Below, piece by piece: positions 48,847-58,792 of a stretch of 64,000 bases of DNA. The notes under the pieces are model-generated. The model made no database searches. It was not told where the DNA came from and saw nothing but the letters and a program-made list of their open reading frames with translations. Source of the DNA: Syntrophobacterales bacterium (lineage in GTDB: Bacteria > Desulfobacterota > Syntrophia > Syntrophales > UBA2210); assembly GCA_018433345.1 (NCBI GenBank), contig JAHDRK010000033.1, forward strand, positions 9,166 through 73,165. Direction: 5' to 3'. Numbering within the stretch: the first letter of the stretch is position 1; each line of letters starts with the position of its first letter. The translations under genes and the position numbers were made by a program.

Positions 48847-49756
48847 ATTCTGGGGTGTCCGAGGATCCATTCCCAGCCCCGGACCGGACACCGTCCGTTA
48901 CGGAGGCAACACCATTTGCCTGGAGGCCCGCTGCGGAAAGGCCGACCGTCTGGTCATCATCGATGCCGGCTCGGGGATACGCTCCCTCGGCAACAGTCTC
49001 ATGGCCGCGGATGTCGCCGACGGCTTGAGAGAGGTCGATATTTTCCTTACCCATACCCACTGGGATCACATCCTGGGTTTCCCTTTTTTTGCCCCCTTGT
49101 ACATCCCGGGAATGACCGTCCGGATTCACGGCTCATCGAGCTACGAAGAAAACCATCTGGAGAAGGTCATCGGGGGACAATTCATGTATCGTTATTTTCC
49201 CGTGAGAGTGGAAGAACTGGCATCGATTATCGAGTATGTAGAACTTGGAGAGGGGGCCTTCGATCTTGGAGAGGGCCTCCTGCTGAGAACGAAGCGCCTC
49301 AATCATCCTGTAAGCTGCATGGGATATCGCTTCGAATGCGATGGAAAATCCTTCGCAACCGTCTTCGACATGGAACCATTCCAGAATCTGTTCGAGGCGG
49401 AAAAGTCCGGTTCCGCCTTTGACGAAAGGCTCGCTCGGGAGGGGGAGGAAACAGCCGCCGAACAAAACCGCCTGGTGGAAACCTTCTACGCCGGGGCCGA
49501 TCTTATCATTCACGACGCCCAGTACACGCGCCGCGAATACCATACGGCAAGAAAGGGCTGGGGCCATTCCGCCGTGGAAGACGTCATTGAAGCCGCCCAG
49601 GGAAACCGGGTGAAAAGACTCGCCCTTATTCACCACGATCCCGAACGCACCGATGACCAGATAGACGAGCTTGCAGGAAAATTCCATACTGAAGGCTCGT
49701 CGGACGAAGTCATGGATGTTTTCTTTGCCAGGGAGGGAATGGAGATAACGCTGTAA
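48830..49756 (+). CDS. MBL-fold metallo-hydrolase (Lactamase_B_2 type)
   Basis: 308 aa. FWGVRGS N-terminus and the THTHWDH motif. It overlaps the HDOD gene by 17 nt. Confidence 0.75.
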   Translation: MGIRIKFWGVRGSIPSPGPDTVRYGGNTICLEARCGKADRLVIIDAGSGIRSLGNSLMAADVADGLREVDIFLTHTHWDHILGFPFFAPLYIPGMTVRIHGSSSYEENHLEKVIGGQFMYRYFPVRVEELASIIEYVELGEGAFDLGEGLLLRTKRLNHPVSCMGYRFECDGKSFATVFDMEPFQNLFEAEKSGSAFDERLAREGEETAAEQNRLVETFYAGADLIIHDAQYTRREYHTARKGWGHSAVEDVIEAAQGNRVKRLALIHHDPERTDDQIDELAGKFHTEGSSDEVMDVFFAREGMEITL

Positions 49757-49878
49757 AACCATGATCGGCGATCCGCGGGGTCGAACCCCGGCGTACAGCC
49801 CCACGGGCTTATCAAAAACGTCGCAACCACCCTTGCCGTGTAAACAGGCGGCAACAACTTGTAGAGGAGGGATTTCTA

Positions 49879-50688
49879 ATGGAAAATACGGCTTATATAG
49901 TCCCTGAGTTGGTTACATCATACGGGCTGAGGGTGATTGCCTCCTTAGCCATTCTCGTCGTCGGGTACATCGCGGCGAGGCTGGTTCGAAACGTGGTTGG
50001 CCGGCTCATGAGAAGAGGGAGGGTGGATGAGACGCTCATCTCCTTCACATCTAGCCTGGTGTATGTAACTATCCTGGCCTTCATCATCATTGCCGCGCTT
50101 GGGCAACTCGGCATTCAGACCGCTTCCTTCATAGCCGTCGTCGGTGCCGCCGGCCTGGCCGTCGGTCTGGCCCTGCAGGGATCGCTCGCAAATTTTGCCG
50201 CCGGTGTCCTGATGGTGATCTTCAAGCCCTTCAAGGCGGGAGACTACATCGAGGGCGCGGGAACGGCGGGAACGGTCGAGGAGATAGGCATCTTCACCAC
50301 CGGGCTCAAAACCCCGGACAACAAAAAAATCATCATTCCCAACGCCAAGATTATGGCGGACAACATAACAAACTACTCGGCAAAGGACGAGCGCCGGGTG
50401 GACATTGTGGCATCTGTAAGCTACAATGATGACATCGACAAGGTGAAACAGGTGCTGAGCGACATCGTCTCAGGCGACGAGCGTGTTCTCGCCGAACCCG
50501 CTCCCACCATAGCCGTCCTGTCATTGGGCGACAGCAGCGTCGATTTTGCAGTCCGTCCCTGGGTCAGGACAGGCGATTACTGGGGGGTTTTCTTCGACAT
50601 GCAGGAGACCATAAAGAAAAGTTTCGATGCGGAAGGTATAACCATTCCCTTCCCGCAACAAGACGTACATCTGCACAAGTCGGACTGA
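49879..50688 (+). CDS. small-conductance mechanosensitive channel (MscS family)
   Basis: 269 aa with three N-terminal TM helices, a pore-helix pattern (GLALQGSLANFAAGVLMVIFKPF) and a beta domain (IIIPN...NYS). Confidence 0.85.
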   Translation: MENTAYIVPELVTSYGLRVIASLAILVVGYIAARLVRNVVGRLMRRGRVDETLISFTSSLVYVTILAFIIIAALGQLGIQTASFIAVVGAAGLAVGLALQGSLANFAAGVLMVIFKPFKAGDYIEGAGTAGTVEEIGIFTTGLKTPDNKKIIIPNAKIMADNITNYSAKDERRVDIVASVSYNDDIDKVKQVLSDIVSGDERVLAEPAPTIAVLSLGDSSVDFAVRPWVRTGDYWGVFFDMQETIKKSFDAEGITIPFPQQDVHLHKSD

Positions 50689-50730
50689 TCTGATCCGTGG
50701 AAATGAACGGGTCCGGAAAGCACGGTCACC

Positions 50731-52404
50731 ATGGACCATCTCAAGGAATTCACGAAAAGAAACGGGTATTACGTCATCGGCCTCAGGGAATCGGAGGAGA
50801 AGGGCACGGAGCTTGTTATAACCGTCTATCCACCCCTGGAAGGAGGGAAAGCACTGTCATTCGGGGAGGAAAAACCGAAACTCGCCCCGTACCTGCCGGG
50901 GAACACCGACTGGCAGGCGGTCTCCCGGGCCTTTGAAAACAGGAAAGGCCTGCCCGAACCGATCGCACTGCTCGAAACAGGCCCGGAATTCAACCTGCCG
51001 GGTTTCGTCTTCGCGGGAGTGTCAAAAGACGCCCTTTCAGCCTGGATCCTTTACACCGAACCCCTGGGAAGGGGTGAACCGGCCACGGCGCAACGGGCAT
51101 TGGAGGCGCTCGAGGAGGCGGGCGTGGTCTACGGCTTAGATCGGCAGGCCGTGGAATCGGTGTTGCGGTACGGCGAACCCGAAAAGGCCTACCTGGTCGC
51201 CAAAGGTACACCGGCCGTAAGGGGAGAGGATGCCCGTATCGAATACCTGGTCAACGTGGGCGCCCGGCATGTAGGTCCCAGGATTCTCATCGACGGCAGT
51301 GTGGATTATAAAAACGTGATACAGATAGACAGCGTTACGCCGGGACAGGCCATAGCGAGGAAGATTCCGGCCGGCGAAGGCGTGGACGGTACCACCGTCA
51401 CCGGCGAAGTGCTCAAGTCCAAACCGGGACGCGACAGGGAGCTTAAACTCGGCAGGGGCGTCCAGGTCAGTCCCCGCGATCCCCTCACATTAGAAGCGAA
51501 CACCGAGGGAGAGGTCTCGGTGAACAGGATAGGCTTGATCGAGGTGAGGGAGATCCTTGAAGTAAGAAGCAGCGTCAACTATTCCACGGGTAACGTGTCA
51601 TTCAAAGGAAATATAGTGATTTACGGCGATGTTGCCTCGGGGTTTCGAGTGGAAGCCACCGGAGACGTACGGGTGACCGGTACCGTCGAGGCGGCCGAGA
51701 TTGTCGCCGGGGGCGACGTTACGGTGCATGGAGGTTTCTTGGGCCATAAAAGAGGTTCAATAAGATCCTCGGGCAACGTAACGGTCGCCTTCGTTCAGAG
51801 TGGAAGGATTTCCGCCGGGGGCAACGTGATTGTCACACGGGGAATACTCAACAGTAAAATCGACTGTGGGGGCGAGCTGATAGCCGAAGGAACCAAGGGC
51901 GTAATCATGGGCGGAGAAGTGTTGGCAGAATGCGGAGTGAAGGTCACGGCGATCGGAAGCGAGGCCTTCACGCCCACCGTAATCCGCGTTGGAATGAAAA
52001 AGGAAGTCCTGGAGGAATTCCTAAAAGTAAACGAACGGCTCCACGATAACAGGCTCAAATTGGAGGAGGCCTCGAAGGGACTGAAAACCCTCGAACAAAT
52101 AGAACAAACCACCGGTCTCGATGAAAAAAAAGGGATGATACGTGAGAAGCTTCTTGCCGCCGTGGAAACACTGTCGCGGTCAATGGAAGAGGATGAACGA
52201 CGGCTCGAAGAACTCGACGAAATCATAAAATCAGGCAACCGGGCCAGGATCGTCGCCACAAAAGTGATCTATCCCGGTGCTCAACTGTTTTTTTCCACCT
52301 ACACCATGAAGGTAACCGACCCTCTCTACGGGGTCGCCGTTGTCCAACTAGAAGACGATGTGGCCTTCTTTCCCCTTGAAGACAGGCGGAAACCCCCGCC
52401 TTAA
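50731..52404 (+). CDS. FapA (DUF342) family protein
   Basis: 557 aa. The central region has beta-helix-like repeats (G.V.V.G.V..G) followed by a C-terminal coiled coil, as in DUF342 proteins. Confidence 0.6.
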   Translation: MDHLKEFTKRNGYYVIGLRESEEKGTELVITVYPPLEGGKALSFGEEKPKLAPYLPGNTDWQAVSRAFENRKGLPEPIALLETGPEFNLPGFVFAGVSKDALSAWILYTEPLGRGEPATAQRALEALEEAGVVYGLDRQAVESVLRYGEPEKAYLVAKGTPAVRGEDARIEYLVNVGARHVGPRILIDGSVDYKNVIQIDSVTPGQAIARKIPAGEGVDGTTVTGEVLKSKPGRDRELKLGRGVQVSPRDPLTLEANTEGEVSVNRIGLIEVREILEVRSSVNYSTGNVSFKGNIVIYGDVASGFRVEATGDVRVTGTVEAAEIVAGGDVTVHGGFLGHKRGSIRSSGNVTVAFVQSGRISAGGNVIVTRGILNSKIDCGGELIAEGTKGVIMGGEVLAECGVKVTAIGSEAFTPTVIRVGMKKEVLEEFLKVNERLHDNRLKLEEASKGLKTLEQIEQTTGLDEKKGMIREKLLAAVETLSRSMEEDERRLEELDEIIKSGNRARIVATKVIYPGAQLFFSTYTMKVTDPLYGVAVVQLEDDVAFFPLEDRRKPPP

Positions 52405-52697
52405 TTTTGCCTCTTTCCTTTCGGGTCGTTCTATCGGGCAACTTAACTTTCTTTCTTCTCTTTCGTTCTCTTTTAAAGCGATATATGCCCTCATCGTAAG
52501 AGGCGTCCTCTCTTTGCCGGCTTATTGAGTCCCCGCAAGTTGAAAGTTTCCCGTTTATGGTCCGCCGTTCGGAAGGCCGTAACAATATTCATTTATCTTT
52601 ATTTTTCCGAAAACTTCTGGTATGCACTGAAACACTGAAAACAGGAACCGAACACCGATCAACGAAACAATCAATCCCTATGAAAAGGAGAGAACCC

Positions 52698-53951
52698 ATG
52701 AAAGACGTAGTCATCGTGTCGGCCTGTCGCACGGCGATAGGAACCTTTGGAGGAACACTCAGGGACAGCAACGGGGCCTACCTTGCCGGCGTCACCATGA
52801 AAGAAGCCATCAAGAGGGCGGGAATCACGCCGGATATGATCGACGACATCCGTTACGGCTGCTGCCTGGAGCCCGTGGACGCACTCAACGTCTCCCGCGT
52901 GGCCGCGCTCCTGGCGGGAATTCCCGAAACATGCCCGGCGGTCACCATCAACAGGGTCTGCATCTCGGGCATGGAGGCGGCCGTTTCGGGCATGGCCATG
53001 ATCCAGGCCGACCTCGCCGAAATCATCCTGGCCGGAGGCGTGGAGCACATGTCGGGGGTTCCCTATACGGTACCTTCGGCTCGTTGGGGCGCCAGGCTGC
53101 AGGACCAGGTCTTCGTGGATTGGTTGATTCACGCGCTGCACTGCGGCTCACATATAATGCCCAATCCCGAAGACGGACCCGTCAAGGAGGGTGTGCCCCT
53201 GGAAATGTTCAAGGGCAAACCTTATATCATGGGACACACGGCGGAGTTTGTGGCACAGATGATGGACATCACCAGGGAAGAAATGGACGAAGTCGCCCTT
53301 AGAAGTCACAACAACGCGGAAAGAGCCACCAATGAAGGCCTTTTCAAGGAAGAGATCGTTCCCGTCGAGGTGCCCGCGAAGAAAAAGGGTAAACCGCCGG
53401 TGATCTTCGACAGGGACGAACACTTCCGCCCCGGCCTCACCATGGACGATCTAAGAAAACTTCCCCCGGCATTCATTCCCAAGATAGGCAAGGTGACCGC
53501 CGGCAACGCCTCCGGCATAAACGACGGATCCAGCGGCATGGTTATCATGTCGGCGGACAAGGCGAAGGACTTGGGTATCGCACCTATAGCCCGGATCAAG
53601 GCCGTGGGATACGGGGGCGTTCATCCTTCCGTGATGGGACTTGGACCTGTTCCCTCTGTGCGAAACCTCATGGAACGCTCGGGACTCGCCCTGGAGGATT
53701 TTGAGCTGATCGAGTTAAACGAGGCCTTCGCCGCCCAGTACCTGGGCTGTGAAAAAGAGTTGGGCCTCAATCGAGATATCACCAATATCTACGGGTCTGG
53801 TATCGGCCTGGGTCATCCGGTGGGATCAACCGGTTGCCGGATCATGGTGACGCTGCTTCACGCGATGAAACGAGAAGGCAAAACGCTTGGATTGGCCACC
53901 CTCTGCGGCGGCGGAGGCGTTTCAATGGCCTGCGCCTTGGAAATGATGTAA
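52698..53951 (+). CDS. acetyl-CoA C-acetyltransferase (thiolase)
   Basis: Start at ATG 52698 (AAAGGAGAG RBS). MKDVVIVSACRTAIGTFGG, NRVCISGMEA (catalytic Cys), GNASGINDG and CGGGGVSMA motifs. The ORF-track start at 52557 is an upstream extension. Confidence 0.88.
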   Translation: MKDVVIVSACRTAIGTFGGTLRDSNGAYLAGVTMKEAIKRAGITPDMIDDIRYGCCLEPVDALNVSRVAALLAGIPETCPAVTINRVCISGMEAAVSGMAMIQADLAEIILAGGVEHMSGVPYTVPSARWGARLQDQVFVDWLIHALHCGSHIMPNPEDGPVKEGVPLEMFKGKPYIMGHTAEFVAQMMDITREEMDEVALRSHNNAERATNEGLFKEEIVPVEVPAKKKGKPPVIFDRDEHFRPGLTMDDLRKLPPAFIPKIGKVTAGNASGINDGSSGMVIMSADKAKDLGIAPIARIKAVGYGGVHPSVMGLGPVPSVRNLMERSGLALEDFELIELNEAFAAQYLGCEKELGLNRDITNIYGSGIGLGHPVGSTGCRIMVTLLHAMKREGKTLGLATLCGGGGVSMACALEMM

Positions 53952-53977
53952 AGTTATATTAATATAGATCGGAAAAG

Positions 53978-54007
53978 GCGGGACGTGTTTTTCAACGCCC
54001 GCTTTTT
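53978..54007 (+). terminator. candidate intrinsic terminator after the thiolase gene
   Basis: GCGGG (53978-53982) pairs with CCCGC (53998-54002), followed by TTTTT (54003-54007). Confidence 0.45.
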
Positions 54008-54053
54008 CAGCATGGGTGAAATGTTAAAAACCAATAAATATGTACGGAGTGTG

Positions 54054-54905
54054 ATGTTAATGAAAGAAAAAGATCGATTCATCAAATTCAAGGGCGCCTC
54101 GCGGTATGTGCTCGACGATGAACTGGCGAAAATCGTCAATGTATCCATGGCCCTCGAAATGCCCCTGCTTCTCAAGGGAGAACCGGGAACGGGCAAAACG
54201 ATGCTGGCCCACGCCATAGCCGAAAACCTGGGGATGCCGCTTATCGTATTAAACGTGAAATCAAGCATGAAGCTGGTGGACGCCCTCTACCAATACGACA
54301 CGCTTACCCGTCTGAACGACAGCCGTTTCGGCGATTCAACAAGAGACGTAAGCAATATCGAGGAATACATCCGAATGGGAAAGATCGGGCAGGCCTTCAC
54401 CGCCGAACAACGGACGGTGCTGTTGATAGACGAGATCGACAAGGCGGATACTGATTTCCAGGATGACATGCTCGACATCCTCGACCAGATGCAGTTCGAT
54501 ATCATTGAAATCGACAAGACGATAAAGGCGAAGCACCGCCCGGTGGTCATCATCACCTCCAACGCCAAGAAGGACCTGTCGGATCCGTTCCTTGGACGGT
54601 GCAACTTCCACCATATCGCCTTCCCCGACGAGGAAATGATGGGAAATATCCTGAGGGTTCACTTTCCCAACCTGGAAGATGATATTATGCATGCCTGCAT
54701 TACGACATTCTATCGCCTGAGACGGATCGAGGGGGTGGAGAAGAGACCTGCCACCCGCGAGCTTATCAACTGGATACGCGCCCTGAAGGCTGATCCCGGT
54801 TTCGAGGTTTCGGGGCTGAAGCGGGGGAAGACCCCTTACCTGGGCGTTCTCTTCAAGAAAAGCTCCGATCTGGCCGTGGCCGATCGCCTTATGGGCATGA
54901 GTTAA
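54054..54905 (+). CDS. MoxR-like AAA+ ATPase
   Basis: Walker A (LLLKGEPGTGKT) and Walker B (VLLIDEIDKA) are present, with the overall MoxR/CbbQ pattern. I moved the start downstream of the terminator-like hairpin (ATG 54054 or 54060). Confidence 0.8.
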   Translation: MLMKEKDRFIKFKGASRYVLDDELAKIVNVSMALEMPLLLKGEPGTGKTMLAHAIAENLGMPLIVLNVKSSMKLVDALYQYDTLTRLNDSRFGDSTRDVSNIEEYIRMGKIGQAFTAEQRTVLLIDEIDKADTDFQDDMLDILDQMQFDIIEIDKTIKAKHRPVVIITSNAKKDLSDPFLGRCNFHHIAFPDEEMMGNILRVHFPNLEDDIMHACITTFYRLRRIEGVEKRPATRELINWIRALKADPGFEVSGLKRGKTPYLGVLFKKSSDLAVADRLMGMS

Positions 54906-54923
54906 GATACATTCATAAAGGTA

Positions 54924-56123
54924 TTGCACGTGTTTTCCGCATTTTTTTTCACTTTGAAAGAGAGAGGCGTACCGGTCACACCCACGGCCTTTCTCCGGCT
55001 TCACCGCGCGCTGAGGGAAGGACTGGTCCTGTCCATCGATGATTTTTATTCCGTCGCCAGGGCGGTTCTCGTAAAAAGCGAGCGTTACTTCGACATCTAC
55101 GACCAGGTATTCGCTCACCACTTCAGGGGGGCCGAACTGGAGGACGTGGACGACCTGGATTTGGACGAGATAACCCGGGCGCTCCTGGAAGACTGGCTGA
55201 AGAATCCCCGAGAAATGGCGGAAGCCCTGGGCGTAAGTGAGGAAGAACTGAGTGGAATGACGCCGGAGGAGGTGGTTCAATATTTTCTCGATCGCCTGAA
55301 AGACCAGACCGAGGAACATCACGGCGGATCGAAGTGGATTGGCACGGGAGGAAGATCACCCGTGGGGCATTCCGGGTATCATCCCGGCGGGATGCGCGTT
55401 GGAGGGTCGTCACGTAACAAGTCGGCGGTAAAAGTGGCCATGGATCGAAGATACAAGGATTACTCCCAAGATGGACCCCTTACCCAGTCCCAGATGGGAG
55501 AAGCCTTGAAGCGACTGCGCCGCCTCGTACCGGAAGGACCCAAGGACTTGGTCAACGTAGACAAGACCATCTATGAAACCATGAGAAAGGCTGGGGAAAT
55601 TGAAATCATCTTCGACCGTCGCCTCACGGACCGGCTGAAGGTCATCCTCATGATAGACAACGGCGGCTGGTCGATGGATCCCTATGTCCACGTGGTAAAA
55701 ACCCTTTTCGACTACGCGGGAAACCAGTTCAAAGATCTCACAACTTATTATTTTCACAATACCATCTACGACGAGGTTTGGCTTGATCCGCCCCGGAGGA
55801 GAAAACCGGAGGCCCTGATCGATTTTGCGGCAAAAGACCCGGAAACGCGTGTCATTATCGTGGGCGACGCCAGCATGGCACAGCACGAACTGTTGTCAAA
55901 GGGAGGATCCATCTACTTCGGCGAAAAAAACCGCACTCCAAGCATCGACAGTCTCCGCTTCCTGGCCGACACCTTCCGCCACTCGGTTTGGCTGAACCCG
56001 TGTCCAGAGTATGAATGGGACTATGTCTGGACCATCGGCGCCATTCGGCGCGTATTTCCCATGTTCCCCCTGACGCTGGACGGCCTGGAACAGGCGGTAC
56101 AATACCTGGCGGCGCGCCATTGA
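54924..56123 (+). CDS. VWA domain protein (CoxE-like), partner of the MoxR ATPase
   Basis: 399 aa. The N-terminal pattern (F...L...GV.V....FL.L..AL) is typical of CoxE-like VWA proteins. A C-terminal VWA-like region is present (VILMIDNGGWSMD). Start uncertain (TTG 54924 or GTG 54930). Confidence 0.65.
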   Translation: MHVFSAFFFTLKERGVPVTPTAFLRLHRALREGLVLSIDDFYSVARAVLVKSERYFDIYDQVFAHHFRGAELEDVDDLDLDEITRALLEDWLKNPREMAEALGVSEEELSGMTPEEVVQYFLDRLKDQTEEHHGGSKWIGTGGRSPVGHSGYHPGGMRVGGSSRNKSAVKVAMDRRYKDYSQDGPLTQSQMGEALKRLRRLVPEGPKDLVNVDKTIYETMRKAGEIEIIFDRRLTDRLKVILMIDNGGWSMDPYVHVVKTLFDYAGNQFKDLTTYYFHNTIYDEVWLDPPRRRKPEALIDFAAKDPETRVIIVGDASMAQHELLSKGGSIYFGEKNRTPSIDSLRFLADTFRHSVWLNPCPEYEWDYVWTIGAIRRVFPMFPLTLDGLEQAVQYLAARH

Positions 56124-56136
56124 CCCGAGAGGCTCT

Positions 56137-57876
56137 TCAGCTTTCTTTTCCAATTCCCCGGATCTCCATGAAATATTCGGCCATGTTTTCACTGTGGTCC
56201 GATATGCGTTCCATGTTGACTAAGATACCCATGAAGATAGGACCCGCTTCGGCGCGGCATATTTTCCTGGAATACCTGTCGAGGTGACCGATTTTCGCCT
56301 CCGCGAAAAGCCTGTCTATTTGCTTCTCCCGGGTAAAAATATTCTCGATCGCCTTTCCCGTGGCTCCACCCAGCAATTCGAGGGCGTCATTCAGGTTGGC
56401 CTCGACCAGCTCCCTTATCCCTGCTATATCTCTATGGGCTGCCTCGGTAAAGGGAATCTCTTTCTCTTTCTTCAGGGCGGCTAGTTCGGAGAGATTGACG
56501 GCGTGGTCCGCAACCCGTTCAATATCGCTCACAAGTGCCGAGTAATAAAAAAGTTCTCTCGACATCAATTGGGAAAGAGATCCCTCCGACACCCGTCGCA
56601 GGTAGGCTCCTATCTCCCTTTCAAGGGCGTTGACCACTTCCTCCATGAGCATGACGTCACTCATTTTCCCGCCCTGAAAATCATCTACCAGGTCCATGGA
56701 ACGAAGACACATTTTTCGGGCCAGTTTCATTTCCCGTTCCATTTCTTTCCGGACCGCCTCAAGGGCTGCCTCGGGATTGCCCATCAGGCGGTCGTCTAAA
56801 TACTCGGGCCAAAGAGAAAGCGCCCTCTGCTGTTCCGGCATAAGCCAGAGGGCAAAGCGGGCGTACAAAGGAAGAACGGGGAGAAATACAGCCGCCACCA
56901 GCAGATTGAAAACGATGTGCCCTAGAGATATCTGTTGGGGGACACTTGAGGAAAGCGACTCCAACAGCGACACCATCGGTGAAAAGAGAGCCATGCAGAG
57001 AACAACACCGGCAAACTTGAATAGGGCGTGGGATACAGCCACCCGCCTGCCCTCGATGTTGGCGGCCGCGGCCGCTATCATGGCCGTAGCGGCCGTTCCC
57101 AGGTTGGCTCCGAGAACAAAGGGCAGGGCGGCATCAAGAGAGAGGAGGCCGTGTCCCGCCAGGATAACGAGAAGGGCGATGGGTATGGCCGATGAATGAA
57201 CAAGGGCTGTCAAGCCGCATCCTATGAGAATTCCCGTGAGAGGACCGGCCGTTTCACTGAAAAATTGCAGAATCAGGGGACTTCCCTTGAAGGACTCCGT
57301 GATACGTGTCACAATATTCAACCCGTAGAACATGAGGCCGAAATAGAAAATACCTTCGCCGAAGTGACGCCATGCCCTTCGGCCGAGAACCCAGAGCAAG
57401 GCGCCCCCCACGACGAAAGCCGGGGACAGGTCGGTGACGCGCCAGACGACAAGCTGAACCGTCAAGGTGGTACCGATATCGGCGCCGAGAATGACTCCCA
57501 GGGAATGATAAAAACTCATGAGGCCGGCGCTTACCAGTCCCACCGCCAAAACAGTCGTGGCCGTACTGCTTTGAAAAAGGATCGTGATCACAAGACCGGT
57601 GGCCACTCCAAGGATCGGTGTGCGGACCGCGTGACGGAATAGTTCCCTGGTGCGTGTGTTCGTCACGTTACGCCGAACCGTGTCGGTAAGGCGGGCCATG
57701 GCGAAAAGGAAGATCGCCAAACCTGCTGCCGCCGTCAACGCCGATAAAATGTGTGACACGAAAATAGGGCCTCCCAACCCGCAGGCCAGTATAAACAAAA
57801 AGATACTCGGGAAACAGAAAAAAGTCGGGACTGATCGACAATACGCAACGATTGAGGAAATATGAAGTGTTTTCAT
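56137..57876 (-). CDS. Na/Pi cotransporter family protein with C-terminal PhoU-like domain
   Basis: A polytopic N-terminal part has duplicated QSSSAT-like motifs (FQSSTATT, HSSAIP). The C-terminal part is helical and PhoU-like. I chose the start at ATG 57876 to avoid overlapping the divergent trmH-like gene. Confidence 0.75.
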   Translation of the reverse strand: MKTLHISSIVAYCRSVPTFFCFPSIFLFILACGLGGPIFVSHILSALTAAAGLAIFLFAMARLTDTVRRNVTNTRTRELFRHAVRTPILGVATGLVITILFQSSTATTVLAVGLVSAGLMSFYHSLGVILGADIGTTLTVQLVVWRVTDLSPAFVVGGALLWVLGRRAWRHFGEGIFYFGLMFYGLNIVTRITESFKGSPLILQFFSETAGPLTGILIGCGLTALVHSSAIPIALLVILAGHGLLSLDAALPFVLGANLGTAATAMIAAAAANIEGRRVAVSHALFKFAGVVLCMALFSPMVSLLESLSSSVPQQISLGHIVFNLLVAAVFLPVLPLYARFALWLMPEQQRALSLWPEYLDDRLMGNPEAALEAVRKEMEREMKLARKMCLRSMDLVDDFQGGKMSDVMLMEEVVNALEREIGAYLRRVSEGSLSQLMSRELFYYSALVSDIERVADHAVNLSELAALKKEKEIPFTEAAHRDIAGIRELVEANLNDALELLGGATGKAIENIFTREKQIDRLFAEAKIGHLDRYSRKICRAEAGPIFMGILVNMERISDHSENMAEYFMEIRGIGKES

Positions 57877-58000
57877 GTGAAATTCTTCGATGAAAGAAGT
57901 CGAAACAAACCAAGACAGGTGAATATTTGAATGAAGAAAAGGATATTTCCGGTTGTCTTCCGATGCCGGTGTAGTTATTATCTCTCCACGGGAGGTTTTC

Positions 58001-58792
58001 ATGGACACCGAACCTCTTTCCCTGAACCACAAAAGGCGTCTCCGGAAACTGCGTCTCAAGAAATACCGCGAAAGAGAGGGACTATTCCTGGCGGAGGGCA
58101 GGAACGCCTGCCGCGAAGCCCTTCGCGGCGACCGTTACCCCCTGCGTGAAATAATCATCTCCCGGGACCTTCCCGACAACGACAGGGAGTGGCTGTCACG
58201 GGAACTTTCGTCACGGACGGTTCCAGTTTACTCCTGTTCCCGCGCCGACATAAACGAGCTGTCATCCGAAGAACATGCCCGAGGCATCCTCGTGGTCTGT
58301 AAATCCGTAGACTCTTCTCTTGACACGCCGAACAACGATCAACCCGACCGAATCGTTTACCTCGAAGGCATCTCCGATGCCGGGAACCTGGGAACAATAA
58401 TGAGGACGTCACTGTGGTTCGGCGTCAACCGGATCGCGCTGGGGCCATCCTGCATCGATCCTTACAATACCAAGGTGATCAGGGCTTCCGCGGGAACCAT
58501 CTTCGGTGTCTCACTTATACGGGATGTTGCGGCGGAAAAGCTCTTTTCCTTCGCCGAAACACAAGGCTATGACCTCGTAGCCACATCGCCCAGGGGCGGT
58601 ATTCCCCCGGCAGAACTGAAAAAAGAGGGGAGGATCGTCCTGCTTTTGGGAGAAGAGTCGAGGGGGCTCTCGTCTGAATTGATGGAACATGCCCACACAC
58701 TCGTCACCGTCCCTGGTTCGGGCGCCGCCGAATCGTTAAACCTGGCCGCGGCGGCCGCCATATTGCTCTACGAGACGAGAACCGTGCCCTGA
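58001..58792 (+). CDS. TrmH/SpoU-family RNA 2'-O-methyltransferase
   Basis: GGAGG RBS before ATG 58001. LFLAEG, LEGISDAGNLGTIMRT, LLLGEESRGL and ESLNLAAAAAILLYE motifs. Confidence 0.82.
   Translation: MDTEPLSLNHKRRLRKLRLKKYREREGLFLAEGRNACREALRGDRYPLREIIISRDLPDNDREWLSRELSSRTVPVYSCSRADINELSSEEHARGILVVCKSVDSSLDTPNNDQPDRIVYLEGISDAGNLGTIMRTSLWFGVNRIALGPSCIDPYNTKVIRASAGTIFGVSLIRDVAAEKLFSFAETQGYDLVATSPRGGIPPAELKKEGRIVLLLGEESRGLSSELMEHAHTLVTVPGSGAAESLNLAAAAAILLYETRTVP

Noticed and set aside
49770-49800. tRNA T-arm-like hairpin cgggg-tcgaa-ccccg after the MBL gene
   Set aside because: It has a 5-nt loop instead of a 7-nt T-loop, and no acceptor, D or anticodon arms can be drawn around it. It is probably a simple hairpin. 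No tRNA gene was found anywhere in the window.
53985-54053. N-terminal extension of the MoxR ORF as given in the ORF track
   Set aside because: It overlaps the terminator-like hairpin and T-run after the thiolase gene, and its sequence is non-conserved in appearance. The internal ATG at 54054 has a GGAG upstream.
54336-55322. 328-aa minus-strand ORF
   Set aside because: It is antisense to the MoxR and VWA genes and is a shadow ORF.
57877-58059. N-terminal extension of the Na/Pi cotransporter ORF, and the matching extension 57953-58000 of the trmH-like ORF
   Set aside because: The two extensions would overlap head-to-head. The internal starts (57876 on the minus strand, 58001 on the plus strand with a GGAGG RBS) give proteins of normal length with a divergent promoter region between them.
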